From Psammoneis japonica (lineage: Eukaryota), in contig QPGO01000118.1 of NCBI GenBank assembly GCA_008632985.1, forward strand, positions 124,001-188,000: DNA of 64,000 bases, written 5' to 3'. Below are positions 23,353 through 36,632 of the stretch, in pieces. The first letter of the stretch is position 1; every line of letters starts with the position of its first letter. The notes beneath the pieces are model-generated. The model was not told where the DNA came from and searched no databases. It saw nothing but the letters and a program-made list of their open reading frames with translations. Both the position numbers and the translations under genes were made by a program.

Positions 23353-26300
23353 ATGATGATGATGAAGCGGCTTTCGGCGGCGACGCTGTTGTTGATGACT
23401 GTTGCTGCTGCAGTGACAGCCGATCAGGATAAAGTCAATCATGGTAACGCTCTGATTGATTGGTTGCGTTCCGAGGGCGGCTTTGTGAGTGATAAGCTCG
23501 AAATCAAAACGATCGGTGATGAGGTGAATGGTATTTTTACCAATGCCGATTTGGAACAAGACGAAATCATTTTAAAATTCCGTACGAATGTCTCATTACG
23601 TCTGATTCAAAAATCAAAAAAGAATCATTCCAATTGGGCGATCGCATCGAAGCTATTGATCTCGAAGATGACGTGTGGTATGCCGGTGTGATTGCGAAAG
23701 TTCACGAGAATAACACGTATGGTATTGATTATGACGATGGTGATATTGACGCCAGCCTCCCTCTTGATCGAATCCGCGTCGAGCACAAGTCTGCGGGTGC
23801 TATGGATTGTACTACGGCCCGTATTTTGATTCAGGAAATGTCAAACCCCGACGAGTCGCCGTATGGACCGTATGTAAAGTACCTGTTGGAACAAGAGCAT
23901 GGCCAGCTTCCGAGTGGATGGTCGCTCCCTGGCCAGAGACTCTTGGAGGAAATGTTGTCAAAAATACAAGTAGCGGTAGAAGGAGGTGAGGATGATGAAG
24001 AAGTAGAAGAAGCATTGCTGCCTCCGAACGACGTTACGAATTGGAAAAACGATTGGCCCAACACGTGCGGTGGAACCAGAGATAATCCCTTTGAACTAAA
24101 CGCGGCGCTCATGGTGGTGCAGCGTGGTTGGGATGATATTCTGATTCCGGTTTTTGACATGATGAATCACCGTAATGGCAAGTGGCTCAACACAAAGAGC
24201 AATCAAGTTCAAGAGGTTTCCGAGGGGGGACACGTGGAGGTGCGTGTGTCTCGCAAGGTGGAGGCAGGAGAAGAGCTGCACACCACGTACAATTTTTGTG
24301 AGGATTGTGGAGCCAGGCTAGAATCGTATGGAACGCCTGAGATTCTTAGGGATTATGGGTTTGTAGAACAATTTCCACAGCGTTGGATTTTTCATAGAGA
24401 AGAAGTAGCGTTTGATTTGGACGAAACTGAAACAGGTGAATTTGAAGTGACCTGGTTCAAGGAAGAACCCGACGACGAGGGTATCGAATTCCTTCAGGAA
24501 CAGCTGTTGCGGCTGCAGCAATTTGCAGAAACCGATTTGGTAACCAAGCCCCAATCCGTCCCAGAAAAGGAATTTCAGGTCCTCAAAAAGTACAATGAAG
24601 CGCTCGTAACGGCCATGCGTCTCGCCATTCAAGACGTGAATGGCGAAGACGACGCGTGTGCCACGGGCAATGGCGAATGCCCCGTGTCCTTTGACAGGTA
24701 CGATCAGTTTGAATGGCGCGATGGCGATTTGCAAACCATGTATTCTTGCGATGTCGACAAGAACATGGAATTTCACGGATACGTAGATTTGGAAACTATC
24801 GACTCTCACTATCAAAATATGGATTGGTTCAAGGATCCAAAGAACAACGATACGTGCTTTCAATTGGAGAAGATTGTTCAGATTTGCAGCAGTTATCGTC
24901 CGCATTACCACGAGTCGTCGGTCCATTATGCTGCGCGATTCCTCAAGGAAGGTATGTAATTGATATTTGCAATTGGTGATGGTGCGTTATGACTTGGGGG
25001 TATTTTGATTTGCGACAAATATTCCATTTTTGCCTTGTGTTTTTGCTGCAGTGAAACGAGTGATTTTTATTGGCGGCGGTGATTCGATGCTCTTGCATGA
25101 AGTCCTCAAGTACCCCAGTCTGGAAAAGGTGGTTGGCCTCGAGCTTGATCAAAAAGTAGTAAGGTCCAGTTTTAAGTACTTTGGCTCGCAGCCACATTGG
25201 GACGATGACAGGGTAGAATGGTGGTTTGGGGATGCTACGAAGAGTCTACTCATGCTGCCAGAAGACTACTCTGGATCGTTTGACTTGATTCTGGTCGATC
25301 TCTCCGAAACAGTCAGTACGTACATCGGTGAAGCATAGGGCCCTAGATTGCTTCTTCTCTCGTCTGTGTTGTTGTATGGGTCCGTTCTGGAGTCTAATTT
25401 GTGTTTTATTCTCCTTATAGTGTCATTTCCGGTTACAAAAGAACTGGATATCATGGAAGCCCTTTCGCTGCTTCTTAAGCCTGAAGGTGTCTTTCTCAAG
25501 AACGAGCTATACTTTGAGAAGCTGAGCAACATTTTTGAGTACACGGTTGAGTTCCACTACTACGATTGCCCCTTGATTGGTTCTCAATCCATGGTGATAT
25601 CTAGCAACAAGATTGATTTCCTCGAATGGGACCTTACGGATCATAATGTGGACACGCTATGGTTGCCGTCCCTTGAAGAAACGGACAAGTACTTGTATTT
25701 CCACGACTATAGGAGGAATCACACGAGTATTCAAAAGCATTGTGCAGATGAGCTGGAGCCGATCCCAGAGCCTGAGGAACAAGAAAAGAGTCCTGGTATT
25801 CTAATGATTGTCGAGGCCGAGAATATTTCGGAAAGCCTGTCGCCTCCAGAGAAGTTCAAGGATACAATCGACGCGGCCCTCAAGAAGGGCGGCCTTAATC
25901 CACAGACTTCTGTTTTGTCTGAAGCAAAAGGTGGCACTGTAGTGACCATTTTGAAGGAAGGGTATGTAGTGGCTCGAATGTGGCCGGAGCACAAGTATTG
26001 TGCGTTTGATATTCATTTGTGGAGCAAATTCAGCCTCCACGAAAATGTAAAGAAGGCACTGTTAGATGCTGTTGGGAGTGCCTCGCCCTCCTCCTTTCGT
26101 ATCGTTGCGGGCGGAATGTTCAGCGCGCCCACATGGAAAGAGGACGAGATTGCCCGTGGTCCGCGCATTACTCAGGTTTGTGACCGACCGGCCGCAATTG
26201 ACCGGGATGCCGATTCCGACATGAAGAACATTGAGGCAGCGTTGGACGAAAGCTTGACCCTCGCCCCAAACAAGATTAAACTCGCGTTGGTTCTTTGTGG

Positions 26301-27363
26301 ACTCGAAAAAAAGAAAAAGGACTGCAAGAGCTTGGATGTCCTCAAGAAGAACAAAAATGTTGTGGGCGATATTCTACCCGTGTGGTCGTGTCCTGATTTG
26401 GAGGACAATGAGTATGTCGAAGGAGCTTTCAAGAAAATGTTTGAGTGTGAAAAGGTGATTCTCAACCAGATCAAGGAAGCAGTGGCAAAAAATAATGGAC
26501 TGGTCGATGCAATTGTTGTCGACTTGGACGCACCCCGTGCACTTGCTCAAATTGTGTACAGGATCTTTGACAATGGGTTCAACAGGCACGAATTGCTGGC
26601 CAAAGATATTTTTGTCGTGGCTCCAATGGTTGACCAGGATGACGCCTGGAGGAGGGAGTTTTTGCAGAGGTTCAAATACGAAGTAATTTACGATGATCCC
26701 GTTTCACGAGCTGAAATACAATTCAATAGCTCGGACAGCAGCTTCGAATTGGGTGTCACCACATCCGGCGATAAGGATTTCTTCATTCATTTGACCGGTG
26801 TGATCGAGAGAATTGAAAAGCGAACGGGACTTGTCTCCGACCTCAGGAACGTCGTCTCTGGATTCTGGATTTTTCAGCACAACTTTGTACCGACACAGTT
26901 CTTTTTGCCCGGTGACTATGATCAGAGCGGTCCCCTTGAACAGTATGTCGCGCAACAGCCTTTGGGACATCAAAGCATCTTCCAGCTCGAGGACGAAGGA
27001 AAGAGTCGGGACATTTCTTGCGCTCAAGTCAAGGAAGATTTGAAGCGATCTGTCAACGAAACGTTTTCCGTTGAGGATGCGCTGGTGACTGAGTTTTCAG
27101 ACGGTCTCGAAGGATGTGTTGTTGTTGTCACAATGGAGGAAGGCGGTGTAATTGCGTTGTGGGACGGAAAGATCCACATTGACATTAACCTATTCACTTA
27201 TTCCGAGAGTGTGGATAATGCAAACAAGTTCGTTAATACGTTCAAGGCGAGAACGCCCTCGTTGAAAGTTGTGCTCAGAGACGAGCAGCCGAGAGGTTTT
27301 GGTCGCGTTGTGAATTTTTTGAGCGAAATTGAGCCACGGGCTCCTCCTCACTGGTCTTTTTAG
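23353..27363 (+). CDS. Long-chain polyamine synthase-type fusion: signal peptide, SET domain with Tudor-like insert, spermidine-synthase-like aminopropyltransferase, AdoMetDC-like domains (introns 24952-25051, 25316-25420; 1-bp frameshift at about 23574-23577)
   Basis: SET motifs LIPVFDMMNH, GEELHTTY and ILRDYGF; VIFIGGGD, LELDQKVV, GDA and FDLILVDL; EGYVVARMWPEHKYCAFDI and WDGKIHIDINLF (AdoMetDC-like). Confidence 0.88.
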
Positions 27364-27759
27364 GGTCGCATTAATGGTGAGCATTATTCTGTGTATCAAG
27401 CTCGAAGTGGTGCATGCGGAAGAGGCGTTTCGCTGCAGCCTCTGTAAGGCAAATAAGTTTTAAGGGTCTGTTATTCTATCTCTGCTAGAGCAGTGCGAAA
27501 GTACTTTACTGTAAGTCACGTTTCAAACTGAACGTCATTCGAAGTTACTGCTACGGTGCTCCCACGTGTACTTGTAAAGTGAGGAGAATAGCTAGAGCAA
27601 GTTGCTGACAGGAGACTCCTGTCAATCTAAGACTTGTTGCAGCAACAATCGTGTTAGAGAGATAAAGAGTGAACGAATCCGTGACACTGCACCTCTTCTC
27701 TCTCTTCTTCTTTAGTTGGTAGGACAGGTTCGAGACCTCTCTAGCTGGCCCCACTCCAG

Positions 27760-27960
27760 TTAGCTATAGCTTTTTAATAGGTGCTGCTCTAGAGCTAGAG
27801 TAGAGAGCACCTCTACTCTTTCTACTCTCTCTACAGCAGCAACCTTACCGGTAGGAGAGAGAGAGTAGGTCTACTACGGAACTATAACTAGCTAGCTAGC
27901 TCTCTCTCTCTCTCTACTAGAGTAGAGAGTACAGTAGTCTAGCTCGCTCCGAGAGAGAGG
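27760..27960. repeat. Low-complexity CT/AG/CTAG-rich tract
   Basis: ctagagctagagtagagag, ctagctagctagc, (ct)n and (ga)n runs. Confidence 0.7.
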
Positions 27961-28401
27961 GCATGTAGTCGCATGAGTCAAAATAATGAAGTTACATCAT
28001 TGAATATGTTGATACTTCTCAATTGATCGCTCATAAGTTTTCAGTTTCGTGTTTCGTCTTGTTTTGTTGCTGTGTTTGTCAATCAACAAGGTGGGTTATT
28101 AGAGAATTTTTTTGCTTATGAGAAGGTCGTGTCAAAATTGCAAGTGGTCAGTGTGTTATTGGACTGTTGTAAAAGTGGTGGTGAAAAAGATCGCGGCCGG
28201 GTCATCAGCATCACGCATCACACAGTCGTGCTTCAATTTGCCGCAGAAGATGTGTATCCGCAGTCACAGAGTATTCTGTGCATTCGTTCAGAAAGAGTTG
28301 TCGCTCAAATCTCACGTTGCTTGTTTTCTACTTTGATTTCAACAGAGCTTCTTATTATCATCGTATCGATATCGATCTGATAAACTATAGCTAGCCACAG
28401 C

Positions 28402-29516
28402 ATGTCTGATTTTGACGAACGCGTCAAAAAGGCCATTCCGGCTGATTTTCACATGATTTCGGGCAGTCATGATGCTCAAACCTCTGCCGATGTTTCCAAT
28501 GTCGGCTCCTTTCAATTGCCAGATCCCAAGGGCAGGGCGGGTGGAGCCTGTACGTCAGCCTTGCTCCAGGTATTGTATAGAGATCACACGGTTCCCTCGG
28601 AGCAGCTCACGTGGATTGATGCACTTCAAAAAATGAGAGGCGTGCTACGGTCCAAGGGATTTAATCAGATTCCCCAATTGACGAGTTCCCGTATGATTGA
28701 CGTCAAGAAACCAATGTACATTGTTCCGCCGGGGTACAATGGACGGAGGCGTGCTGTGCTTGTGGGGATCAACTATACCGGACAGCAGGGACAACTAAGT
28801 GGGTGTCACAACGATGTCGGCAATATCAAGGAGTACCTGACCAAAGTGCAGGGCTTTCCTGAACAAGACATGCTGATTCTAATGGATGATGGCCGTCACC
28901 ATGCTCCAACCAGAAGCAACATTCTCAAAGCGTACGAGCGCGTGGTTCAATACAGTCAAGCCGGGGATGTTGTCTTTATTCACTACTCGGGTGAGCAGCT
29001 TTTTTTTGGCACTGTTGATTTATCAAAAGACATTGCGCTGAGTCTCTTCTCACTTGCTTTTGCTTATGTTGTGTGTTTGTGTGTTGAAACGCAGGGCACG
29101 GTGGGCAAGTGCGGGATACGAGCGGTAAGAAAATTCCGTTCTTTGCCTGCTTTCGTTTCTCCTCAATTACAAACTCACAAGAATACCAATGCAATTTCCG
29201 TATTTCAGGCGACGAGGACGATGGATATGATGAAACATTGATTCCTGTCGATTTCCGTTCGGCGGGACAAATTACGGACGATGTCTTGTACGAAGAGTTG
29301 GTGAAGAAAATGCGAGCCGGTGTCATGGTTACGTGCCTCATGGACTGCTGTCACAGTGGGACCGTCCTTGACTTGCCCTATCGTTTCACGGCGGATGGAT
29401 CCGATAAGATGGTGCGGGATGAAAACAACAATATATTCAAATTGGCGAGTCCCGAGGCGGTGATTGGGTGCTGTCTGTGTCTGTACTGTATCTTGACTAC
29501 CTTTTTGGATGGTTAA
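28402..29516 (+). CDS. Type III metacaspase (exons 28402-28990, 29095-29124, 29209-29516)
   Basis: p10 first ([29 protein letters not shown]), then p20 ([17 protein letters not shown], spliced [35 protein letters not shown]). Confidence 0.93.
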
Positions 29517-29767
29517 TGAAAGCAGTGTTCAAGAGATAGTTGTTGCGTGATTGATACCGGGCTGATCCTGGATCTGTATATGGATCGTTTCAGTTTGATC
29601 AGTCGTCATTTGAGAAGAGTACCGGTCGTAATGAGCGTCACACAGGGAGTTGTTAAATGGAAATGTACCGGGCTGTTCCTCGATGACTAAAGGATTTACT
29701 GTAGTCGTCATTTTACAGAGTACTTCTAGTTATTAAGAATTTCAAACACAAAGCATAATTCACTGTC

Positions 29768-30288
29768 CTAATTTCGCGGTGGCAAGCTTCCGTCTCCACC
29801 ACGACAAGACGGAGACGGATCAATCTTTTTCGACGAGGCTTCCCACTGAGCGGGTGTCTTGGCTACAATCGCCATGGCATGAACAGGCCCCGTCATTTCT
29901 TCCTCTAAAACATTATAAATGTACCGATGTCGTGCAACGGGAGTCTTTAGAGAATCTTGTGTAAATTTCTCAGAGACAACAACAACCTTAAAGTGAGTTT
30001 CCGAATTTTCTGGACTGGAGTGAGAAACGAGATAAAATACCGAAAAAAGTCGTGAACGAAACTGTCGTGATCAAAAGAAGAAGTTCCATATTCTGAAACT
30101 CACACATTGTGCTTGTGAGATTCATTAATAACGTCCAAATGAACGGGTTGTAGGTCTGTGCTAAGTTTGGCCCGAATGCTAGCTTCGACAGGAAAACTCT
30201 CTGCCGAGGTAGCAGCAGCGGAGGAACTCATTCTTGCGCTGATTCTCTGAATTGACCGTGAAAACGAAGACCTAACGACTGCATTCAT
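29768..30288 (-). CDS. BOLA: BolA-family protein, probably mitochondrial (exons 30288-30104, 30014-29768)
   Basis: Spliced translation ...[29 protein letters not shown]...VARHRYIYNVLEEEMTGPVHAMAIVAKTPAQW...SPSCRGG; Arg/Ser-rich presequence. Confidence 0.9.
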
Positions 30289-31090
30289 GCCCTGAACCTT
30301 GATTCTAGCAACGGCGAGTTAATGTTTTGCGTAAAGCAACAATGAAGAAAAATTTGATAGCGAACCGCTCCTCAGCACATGACATGGGCAACATAACACG
30401 AATGCTGCACAGAAAACACAGTGTAAGCTAGGGCACCCCTGATCAGGCAATAACATAACAATCATTCCTAAATCACATGTTCAGGGGTGGATCTTCTTAG
30501 AGAAGATGCTTTTCTCTCCGCGCGCAAATCTGCCAAAATCGCGACCAACGCAGGATCCATCAGGACGATGGTATTCGACGGATTCCTCCTGACTCCTAAT
30601 CGCACTTGAACCTGTTCGAAGAAACTAGCGAAATTTTACAGATGGAGCAAATGGTGCCTCTCGGTCAAAATCGATACAGTGCACGGCGTTGAAACACGAG
30701 AGATTTCGTACGACCGATCTGGCATTGTTGGGTTGGTATGGGCGATGAAGCGAAAGTCAAGCTATCATCGAGGGGGCGAAGAGAGCTGTGGTCTTTTTTT
30801 CTTTTCCTCAGTGACGGCGAAGCAGTCGAAGCGACTTAGAAAGAATAACGAAGCAGCAGAGTTCGAGTTCAATCAACCGGTGGCTACAGATGAAAAGGAA
30901 TGGATGGAATTCCACGATTTGTGAGCCAGGCCAGCGATTGTTTGATCTCACCGTTCGATCGGCAAGTACAAGGAGTATCATCCCGGGATAGATTACAATG
31001 ACATCCATAATTTCTAATTTCATCGTTACAGTTTTTAAGGATGTACACACAATAATTGGCTTTGGTGCCAAGTGAAAATCAATATAACTC

Positions 31091-31735
31091 TTAACCCGCA
31101 ATAGCGCCAAGTTCTGAATCTAATTGCCTCAGCAATCCCGGCGTTTTATCTTCGTCGCGCACCTTGGCAACGATATTTCCAAGTTTGTCTTCACTGTCTA
31201 CTTGCTCTAGATGAAACGGCTGCAAAAAAGCCATGAGGGAATAATCATGACAGGCCTGAGCTGCATCTGCTAGATTCAATAGAGATTGCGTATTTTGCTT
31301 CTCCGAATGCAAGCAAGCAGTCCACACATCAAGCGCTGTTTTCCACTTGTGCTTTTCGGGCGCTTCCACGTCTTGCAACTCAATCGGCATGCCCCGTTTG
31401 GAGGCAAAGTCGACAAATCCCAACGCGTGCTGCCGTTCCTCATCGGATTCGCCACGCATATACTTTGCCATTCCTACCATTTCTTCCTGATCAAACCACA
31501 TGGATGCAGCCAGATAGAGCTGAGAGGCTTCAAACTCACGAGTAACCTGAACCGTGTACAGGTCAAAGAGCGTGTCCCGATGGCTCTTGTCCACGGTGGG
31601 TGCTTTGACGTCCGCGCGTGTCATGTGCAGGGTCTGGGTCGACGACCTCTGCGGCAGTTTAGGAGGCGAGAAAGCGCTCGCACCCTGCAAAAGAACGACA
31701 GCAAGTGCAACACAGGATAGAGCCGACTGATTCAT
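31091..31735 (-). CDS. FTN: Ferritin, plastid-targeted
   Basis: Signal peptide plus ASA-FSP; ferroxidase motifs EFEASQLY, ESDEERQHA, E..NT..L and FHLEQVDSE. Confidence 0.93.
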   Translation of the reverse strand: MNQSALSCVALAVVLLQGASAFSPPKLPQRSSTQTLHMTRADVKAPTVDKSHRDTLFDLYTVQVTREFEASQLYLAASMWFDQEEMVGMAKYMRGESDEERQHALGFVDFASKRGMPIELQDVEAPEKHKWKTALDVWTACLHSEKQNTQSLLNLADAAQACHDYSLMAFLQPFHLEQVDSEDKLGNIVAKVRDEDKTPGLLRQLDSELGAIAG

Positions 31736-32415
31736 AATGGCGATTGATTCGGAAGAGCGGCGGTGTGGGTAATGTTGTGATGTTGCTGATGTTTAGTTGT
31801 TATGTAGTGCAGAAGATGCGTACAGTATCTTTCCGATGTCAACTTCGTGACGTTTTTATTTGCGCGCGCGAAAAACTTCGCAGTCTTTGTTTATGACGTC
31901 ATGATGACGAGGCAGAGGACCCAAAAATACGATACTTTGAAAATTAAAACAAAACTTTACACAAAAAAGTAAAAAATGACCGACAACTCCAAAACTGAAA
32001 AACCGACAAAACGGAAAAACGAACACACAGGCAGACGTCTTCGGAAGTGAGACTGTCGAAGAAAGTTACGTAGAATTTGTACTAAAACAGTCTGTCAATC
32101 AGTGCGATTGGGTATTTGGGACCTCTGGACAGATCCTACGTGTTTTCTTGTGCGTACAAATTGTACTGGGAAAACCCCAAAACGCACTGGCGATCAGACC
32201 GCCTTCGACGATCTCACTTCCAAAGACGCCCCCCAGAACACACCACTGCACACCGCACGTACGCCGCACACTCGTACGTACCGGTACACCCCATTACACT
32301 CTTTCATGTTTTGTTACTGCTTGTTGCGACGCTCTTGTTACCATTGAAGGGCCTTATACCAGAGTAGTGAGTTGATAAAAGAGAGCCCACACTTTGAAAG
32401 TTGAGAGCAACAAAG

Positions 32416-33627
32416 ATGCAAGCGAGGATTCAAATGGAAGAAGCACACCTCCGACGTTTCCGTGCCGCTTTTCTCCTTCTCAGGCAGGCATCAGAAGAGG
32501 AAATTCTTTCTCTTCCTGAACGAATAGCTTCAAACGACCCGACCATCAATGTTGTGCGCGATTCCTTTGACGATATAGGCGCTGAAGAACTGGGTGGGGC
32601 ATTGAGGCAACGAAACTCCTTCGAAAAGCCAAACTTGATCAACATTCTCGTCTTGGAACGCAACAGTGAGCTTTCTTCTCGTGGAGTACGAGCCGTTGCC
32701 CCATATCTACAAGGTTGCGTCAAATATTTTGATTGCTTTGCTGAGATTGGAGACGAGGGAGCTGCAGAGATCGTTCGTGGGTTGTCTCTAACCAGGGAAG
32801 AAGAAGCACGCAACACTGTGAAGTGGCTACATTTATGCGATAATCGGATTGGAGACGAGGGGCTCACGAATATCTCTAACAATCTCCTTGCAAGTCCTTC
32901 CTGCACTCTAAGTACTTTTCGCTTCAAGTCAGCGCACGTTTCGTTTGCAGGATGGCAATCTCTTGGTCGAGCCCTGCGCATCAATACGTCGCTTACGGAA
33001 CTGGCACTCCAAGGTGTTGATGAAAGAAGTTCGTGTGTGCTTTTCGAAGCAATAAAGCACAATACAAATCTCACTGCGTTAAAGTTAGACTCTAACAAAG
33101 TGGGGGACGCGGGAGCAGCGGTTCTTGGAGATGTGCTACGATTGGGGCACAAAACGAGTGCCTCTGCTCCATCCGGGCCGCCGCTTAATCACATTGGCCT
33201 CCGTCACAACATGATTACTGACGAGGGTGCTATTGCGATCGCCCAAAGCCTCAAAGACAACGCCTCTCTGTTGACTCTTGATCTTGTTGGGAATGACATT
33301 TCCGAGACTGGGGCTTTGGCTCTTCTGCATGCTGTTGAACAGAACTGCATCGTTGAAGATGTCCACATTAGTCGCTTTGAGACTACGGCCTCATTGGCGA
33401 GGCGCATCGGGTACTACTGCATGTTGAATCGTATGGGGCGTCGCCACGTTGGAAACGCGTTTATGCCTTCATCTTTGTTGCCCCTCATTTTGGCCAAACA
33501 AAGCATCAACAAAGAACCAGGTGTGTTGTTTGGAATGCTTAGAGAGAGGCCTGACATTTTTCAGCGACAAGACAAAATCGCCGCACCAGAGTGCGAAAGG
33601 CGAAAGCGACATCATGAAGATATGTAG
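32416..33627 (+). CDS. Ribonuclease-inhibitor-like leucine-rich repeat protein
   Basis: Repeated LxLxxNxIGDEG units (LHLCDNRIGDEG, LKLDSNKVGDAG, IGLRHNMITDEG, LDLVGNDISETG); C-terminal LNRMGR and LRERPD. Confidence 0.85.
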   Translation: MQARIQMEEAHLRRFRAAFLLLRQASEEEILSLPERIASNDPTINVVRDSFDDIGAEELGGALRQRNSFEKPNLINILVLERNSELSSRGVRAVAPYLQGCVKYFDCFAEIGDEGAAEIVRGLSLTREEEARNTVKWLHLCDNRIGDEGLTNISNNLLASPSCTLSTFRFKSAHVSFAGWQSLGRALRINTSLTELALQGVDERSSCVLFEAIKHNTNLTALKLDSNKVGDAGAAVLGDVLRLGHKTSASAPSGPPLNHIGLRHNMITDEGAIAIAQSLKDNASLLTLDLVGNDISETGALALLHAVEQNCIVEDVHISRFETTASLARRIGYYCMLNRMGRRHVGNAFMPSSLLPLILAKQSINKEPGVLFGMLRERPDIFQRQDKIAAPECERRKRHHEDM

Positions 33628-34517
33628 ACTTTTTCATTTTATCTTTGAGTTGTTTACTTACAAATGAAACTGTGACACCCTGGGTTCTCCTGTTGGTTGA
33701 TCGAGACAGGAAAGAATCATCTCCGTTTCTTATCCGTGTAGCTAATAGATCCTGGCTCCCTTTTGATACAAAGCCCACATTTCTTCTTGCACATTATGGA
33801 TGTCTACCAGCATTCTGTATTGTCATTGTGTAAGAGGTCAAACTCGATGAAACTATTGATTGCTCCAGCTTTGACGAACAATGAATGACTCTACCGTTTG
33901 TTACAATCAACCATAGGCCAAAAGCCGAAAGTATAACGTACCTCGCGGAATCACTCGGCAGGAGTGTCTGGAATGACGAATGGCGCGCTTGTTGTATGAG
34001 ATCTGGAGCTTGGATCCCTGGGCTCTACTTACATTTCCTCGATTTTGCAGCGACTCAATAACCGCCTCCCTTGGGTCGCTAAAATTCAACATGGCAGCAG
34101 GAGCAAGGAGCACCCTCGAGCACACGATGCAAAGTCGCGGATCCTTCATAACCCACGGTGTGTTTTCGTGCCATGTAGCAGCGAAGAAGCGTGATTTAAG
34201 TGGGATGCATGATCAACAAACATGAGTTCTAGATTCCCTGAGCACCTGTCACATTGCTTTTGCGCTTCGGCAAGTGCGTCATGATGGCTGGATGCCATCT
34301 CGCTCTCACACACAACAACTTGCTTTCTGATTCCATTTGTTCTTTTTGCGATGGAAGAGATGCTAAAACGTTCAATAAATGCAGAGCCATCACATGAAAA
34401 CATGCAGTGTCGGCAAAGAATCTGACCACCAGTGCCTTCTCACTCCTTGCCCACATGCAGCAGCTGCCGGCACCATTCACCAGACCAGCACCGTCCGCAT
34501 CATTGCACGGGTGGTCC

Positions 34518-35021
34518 TCAGGTGCCGCAGCATGAGAACTGAGAACGCTTGAAGCAGCAAGCTTTGCAGTTGCAGCCATTTGGCGCAATGGCACCGACAA
34601 AACCAGTGCACTCTTTTTTCGCCGTTGCAAGGCCAGCTCTTTTAATCTTCAAACTGTTTTGCCTTTTACGGGCATTCTCCGCATTGCAGCTCTCACAATT
34701 GATTGCACTGTTGACAGCCTCAGTGCAGCAATGGACATTGCTGCAAGATTTCAACCCAACGAATGAGTGTTGTTGAGAATGACACGAATGACCATCATTG
34801 CAACTGTGGTCATGAATCTTCATGCTGAAGAGACACCTGCATGATTCGCCGCCATTGTGTGATCTGTTGGCAACCAGCCAATTCACCTGGCCGGCACATG
34901 AACAACTGCCAGTGTCGCTGCAGTCATCTTTTTTTTCATCACTCTGCACTGTTGACAGAATCGCAAACACAAAAATCATTGCAAGAACTGTTGCAGATGG
35001 TTGATTCTGCAGCCTCCACAC
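34518..35021 (-). pseudogene. Decayed secreted Cys-repeat protein fragment (SCN...SC pattern)
   Basis: Hydrophobic leader followed by periodic SC motifs; uncertain because the mutational process itself creates Cys codons. Confidence 0.3.
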
Positions 35022-36088
35022 ATGCTGCTTGAACGAAATCGCAGCTCTTCTCTTTCACTTTGGTGTTGACAAGTCCAAAATGCGAGCCCCACCCATTGCA
35101 GCTCTTGTTGACCAAGCCACCCCCACAAAAGTCCACAACATGCCATCTCGCCATTGCAGCTGCCATTGTTCACCTTGCCATTGGCCATTCCTGAACAAGC
35201 ATCAATGTCATCACAAGAGCCTTTTCCAACTTTGGTTTGTCACATTTGCACACGAGCTCCTTGTGCTTTGCAGCTGTCATGACCAAAGAAAATTGGGCAA
35301 AACCTGCACCCATCAGCAACTCCATTGCAGGGATTCTTGGGCATCATGGCATGAGCACAAAATGCTCAGGATCCATCACAGTTGTAAAACTGTTGTGCTC
35401 AACGGCTGCACTGAGCATTCCTTTGCACACATGTTTCTCATTGCAAGACCCTGCTTGCAAAACAAGGCTCAGTGAGAGCATCATCCATCTCACCAACTGC
35501 AGCAGTGCTGGCACCAACCAACACACATGACACATGACTTTGGGAGAGCCCAAGGGAGAGCCAAAGATGACCAGCTGTGCTCCTTCTTGCTTGACCCAGC
35601 AGACTGAACCCACCAAGAGCATTCACTCTAAGTTGTGTCAAGTCAACAGATCCTTGGAGAACAGCAAAGATGCAAGAGAAACAAGACTCCACCAGTGAAA
35701 ATAGAGTCGTTCTTTCTCAAAATGACCATGCCCATCTCAAACACTTTTTTCCAGCCAGCAACCATGGATTTGACAAGCACTCGATTCAAATTTTAATCCC
35801 AAGGCCAAGTCAGCAGTGTCAGATGGAACCCAGAAAAGAGCTCCGCACAGTCATCAGTTCCCATGGCATCACTTCAACAATGCCCCACACAGGAACACCA
35901 GAAGAACAAGCAAGCCAATTGCAAGCAATCTTTGACTCAAAAGTCCATGCAGCAACACTCAAGACTTGCTTTCCTTGACAGTGTAACACCATTTCCTTGA
36001 ACAAGAAAGAGAAACATCATCACCAAAGGCACGGGGTTCCCTTCACTGTCTGAAATGCAAAACACTCACATGCACAAGATTCACATCA

Positions 36089-36632
36089 ATGGCAACTCCT
36101 CCTCCAGAACTGCCACTCAAAGAATTTCCCCACAATTGTCTGTTCAAAGTGCTTGTCATTGGCGATGCATTGAGCATCAGTTGGCAAGGCAAGCAGCAGC
36201 TGATGATCAGCTTCTGGAAAGCTCCTCTCTGTGTGAGAGAAACTGATGGCTTCTTTCTCATGTGCATTCTCAACCTTGCCATTTGTTCCTCTTCATTTTC
36301 AGCCCTCCATGTCACTCTGCAGTTCACAGATGGCATTTTTGATGAACACATTCATCCAACAATTGGTGTGGATTTCAAAGTCAAACACATCAACGTGGAT
36401 GGCAAGCATGTCAAACTTGCAATTGGGGACACACAGCCTTGCAAAAGCACTTTCGAACTCTGACATTGCCACTTTGCTGAGGCACTCATGGAGTGGCGCC
36501 AGTGTGGCTGCAATGTTTCACAAACAGGCAGCTTTAAAAATTTGGAACAATGGTTGAAAGAAGCACAACTGTGCTCTCCCAACAATGGAGAATCTGTCAT
36601 CAAACTGTTGGTGAGAAATGAAATTGATCTAG
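36089..36632 (+). pseudogene. Rab GTPase (Rab18-like) pseudogene
   Basis: LFKVLVIGD, FTDGIFDEHIHPTIGVDFKVK...KLAIGDT, SFKNLEQWLKE, VIKLLVRNEID; Tyr positions read as H/C; frameshifts; intron-like insert at about 36195-36302. Confidence 0.8.

Noticed and set aside
30679..31110. Short ORFs between BolA and ferritin, and at 28072-28380
   Set aside because: Non-ATG or weak starts, no motifs and no splice support; probably UTR or intergenic.
32430..33152. Long antisense ORFs over real genes (LRR, mucin-like, polyamine fusion, ferritin)
   Set aside because: Shadow frames of coding sequence with no recognisable motifs.
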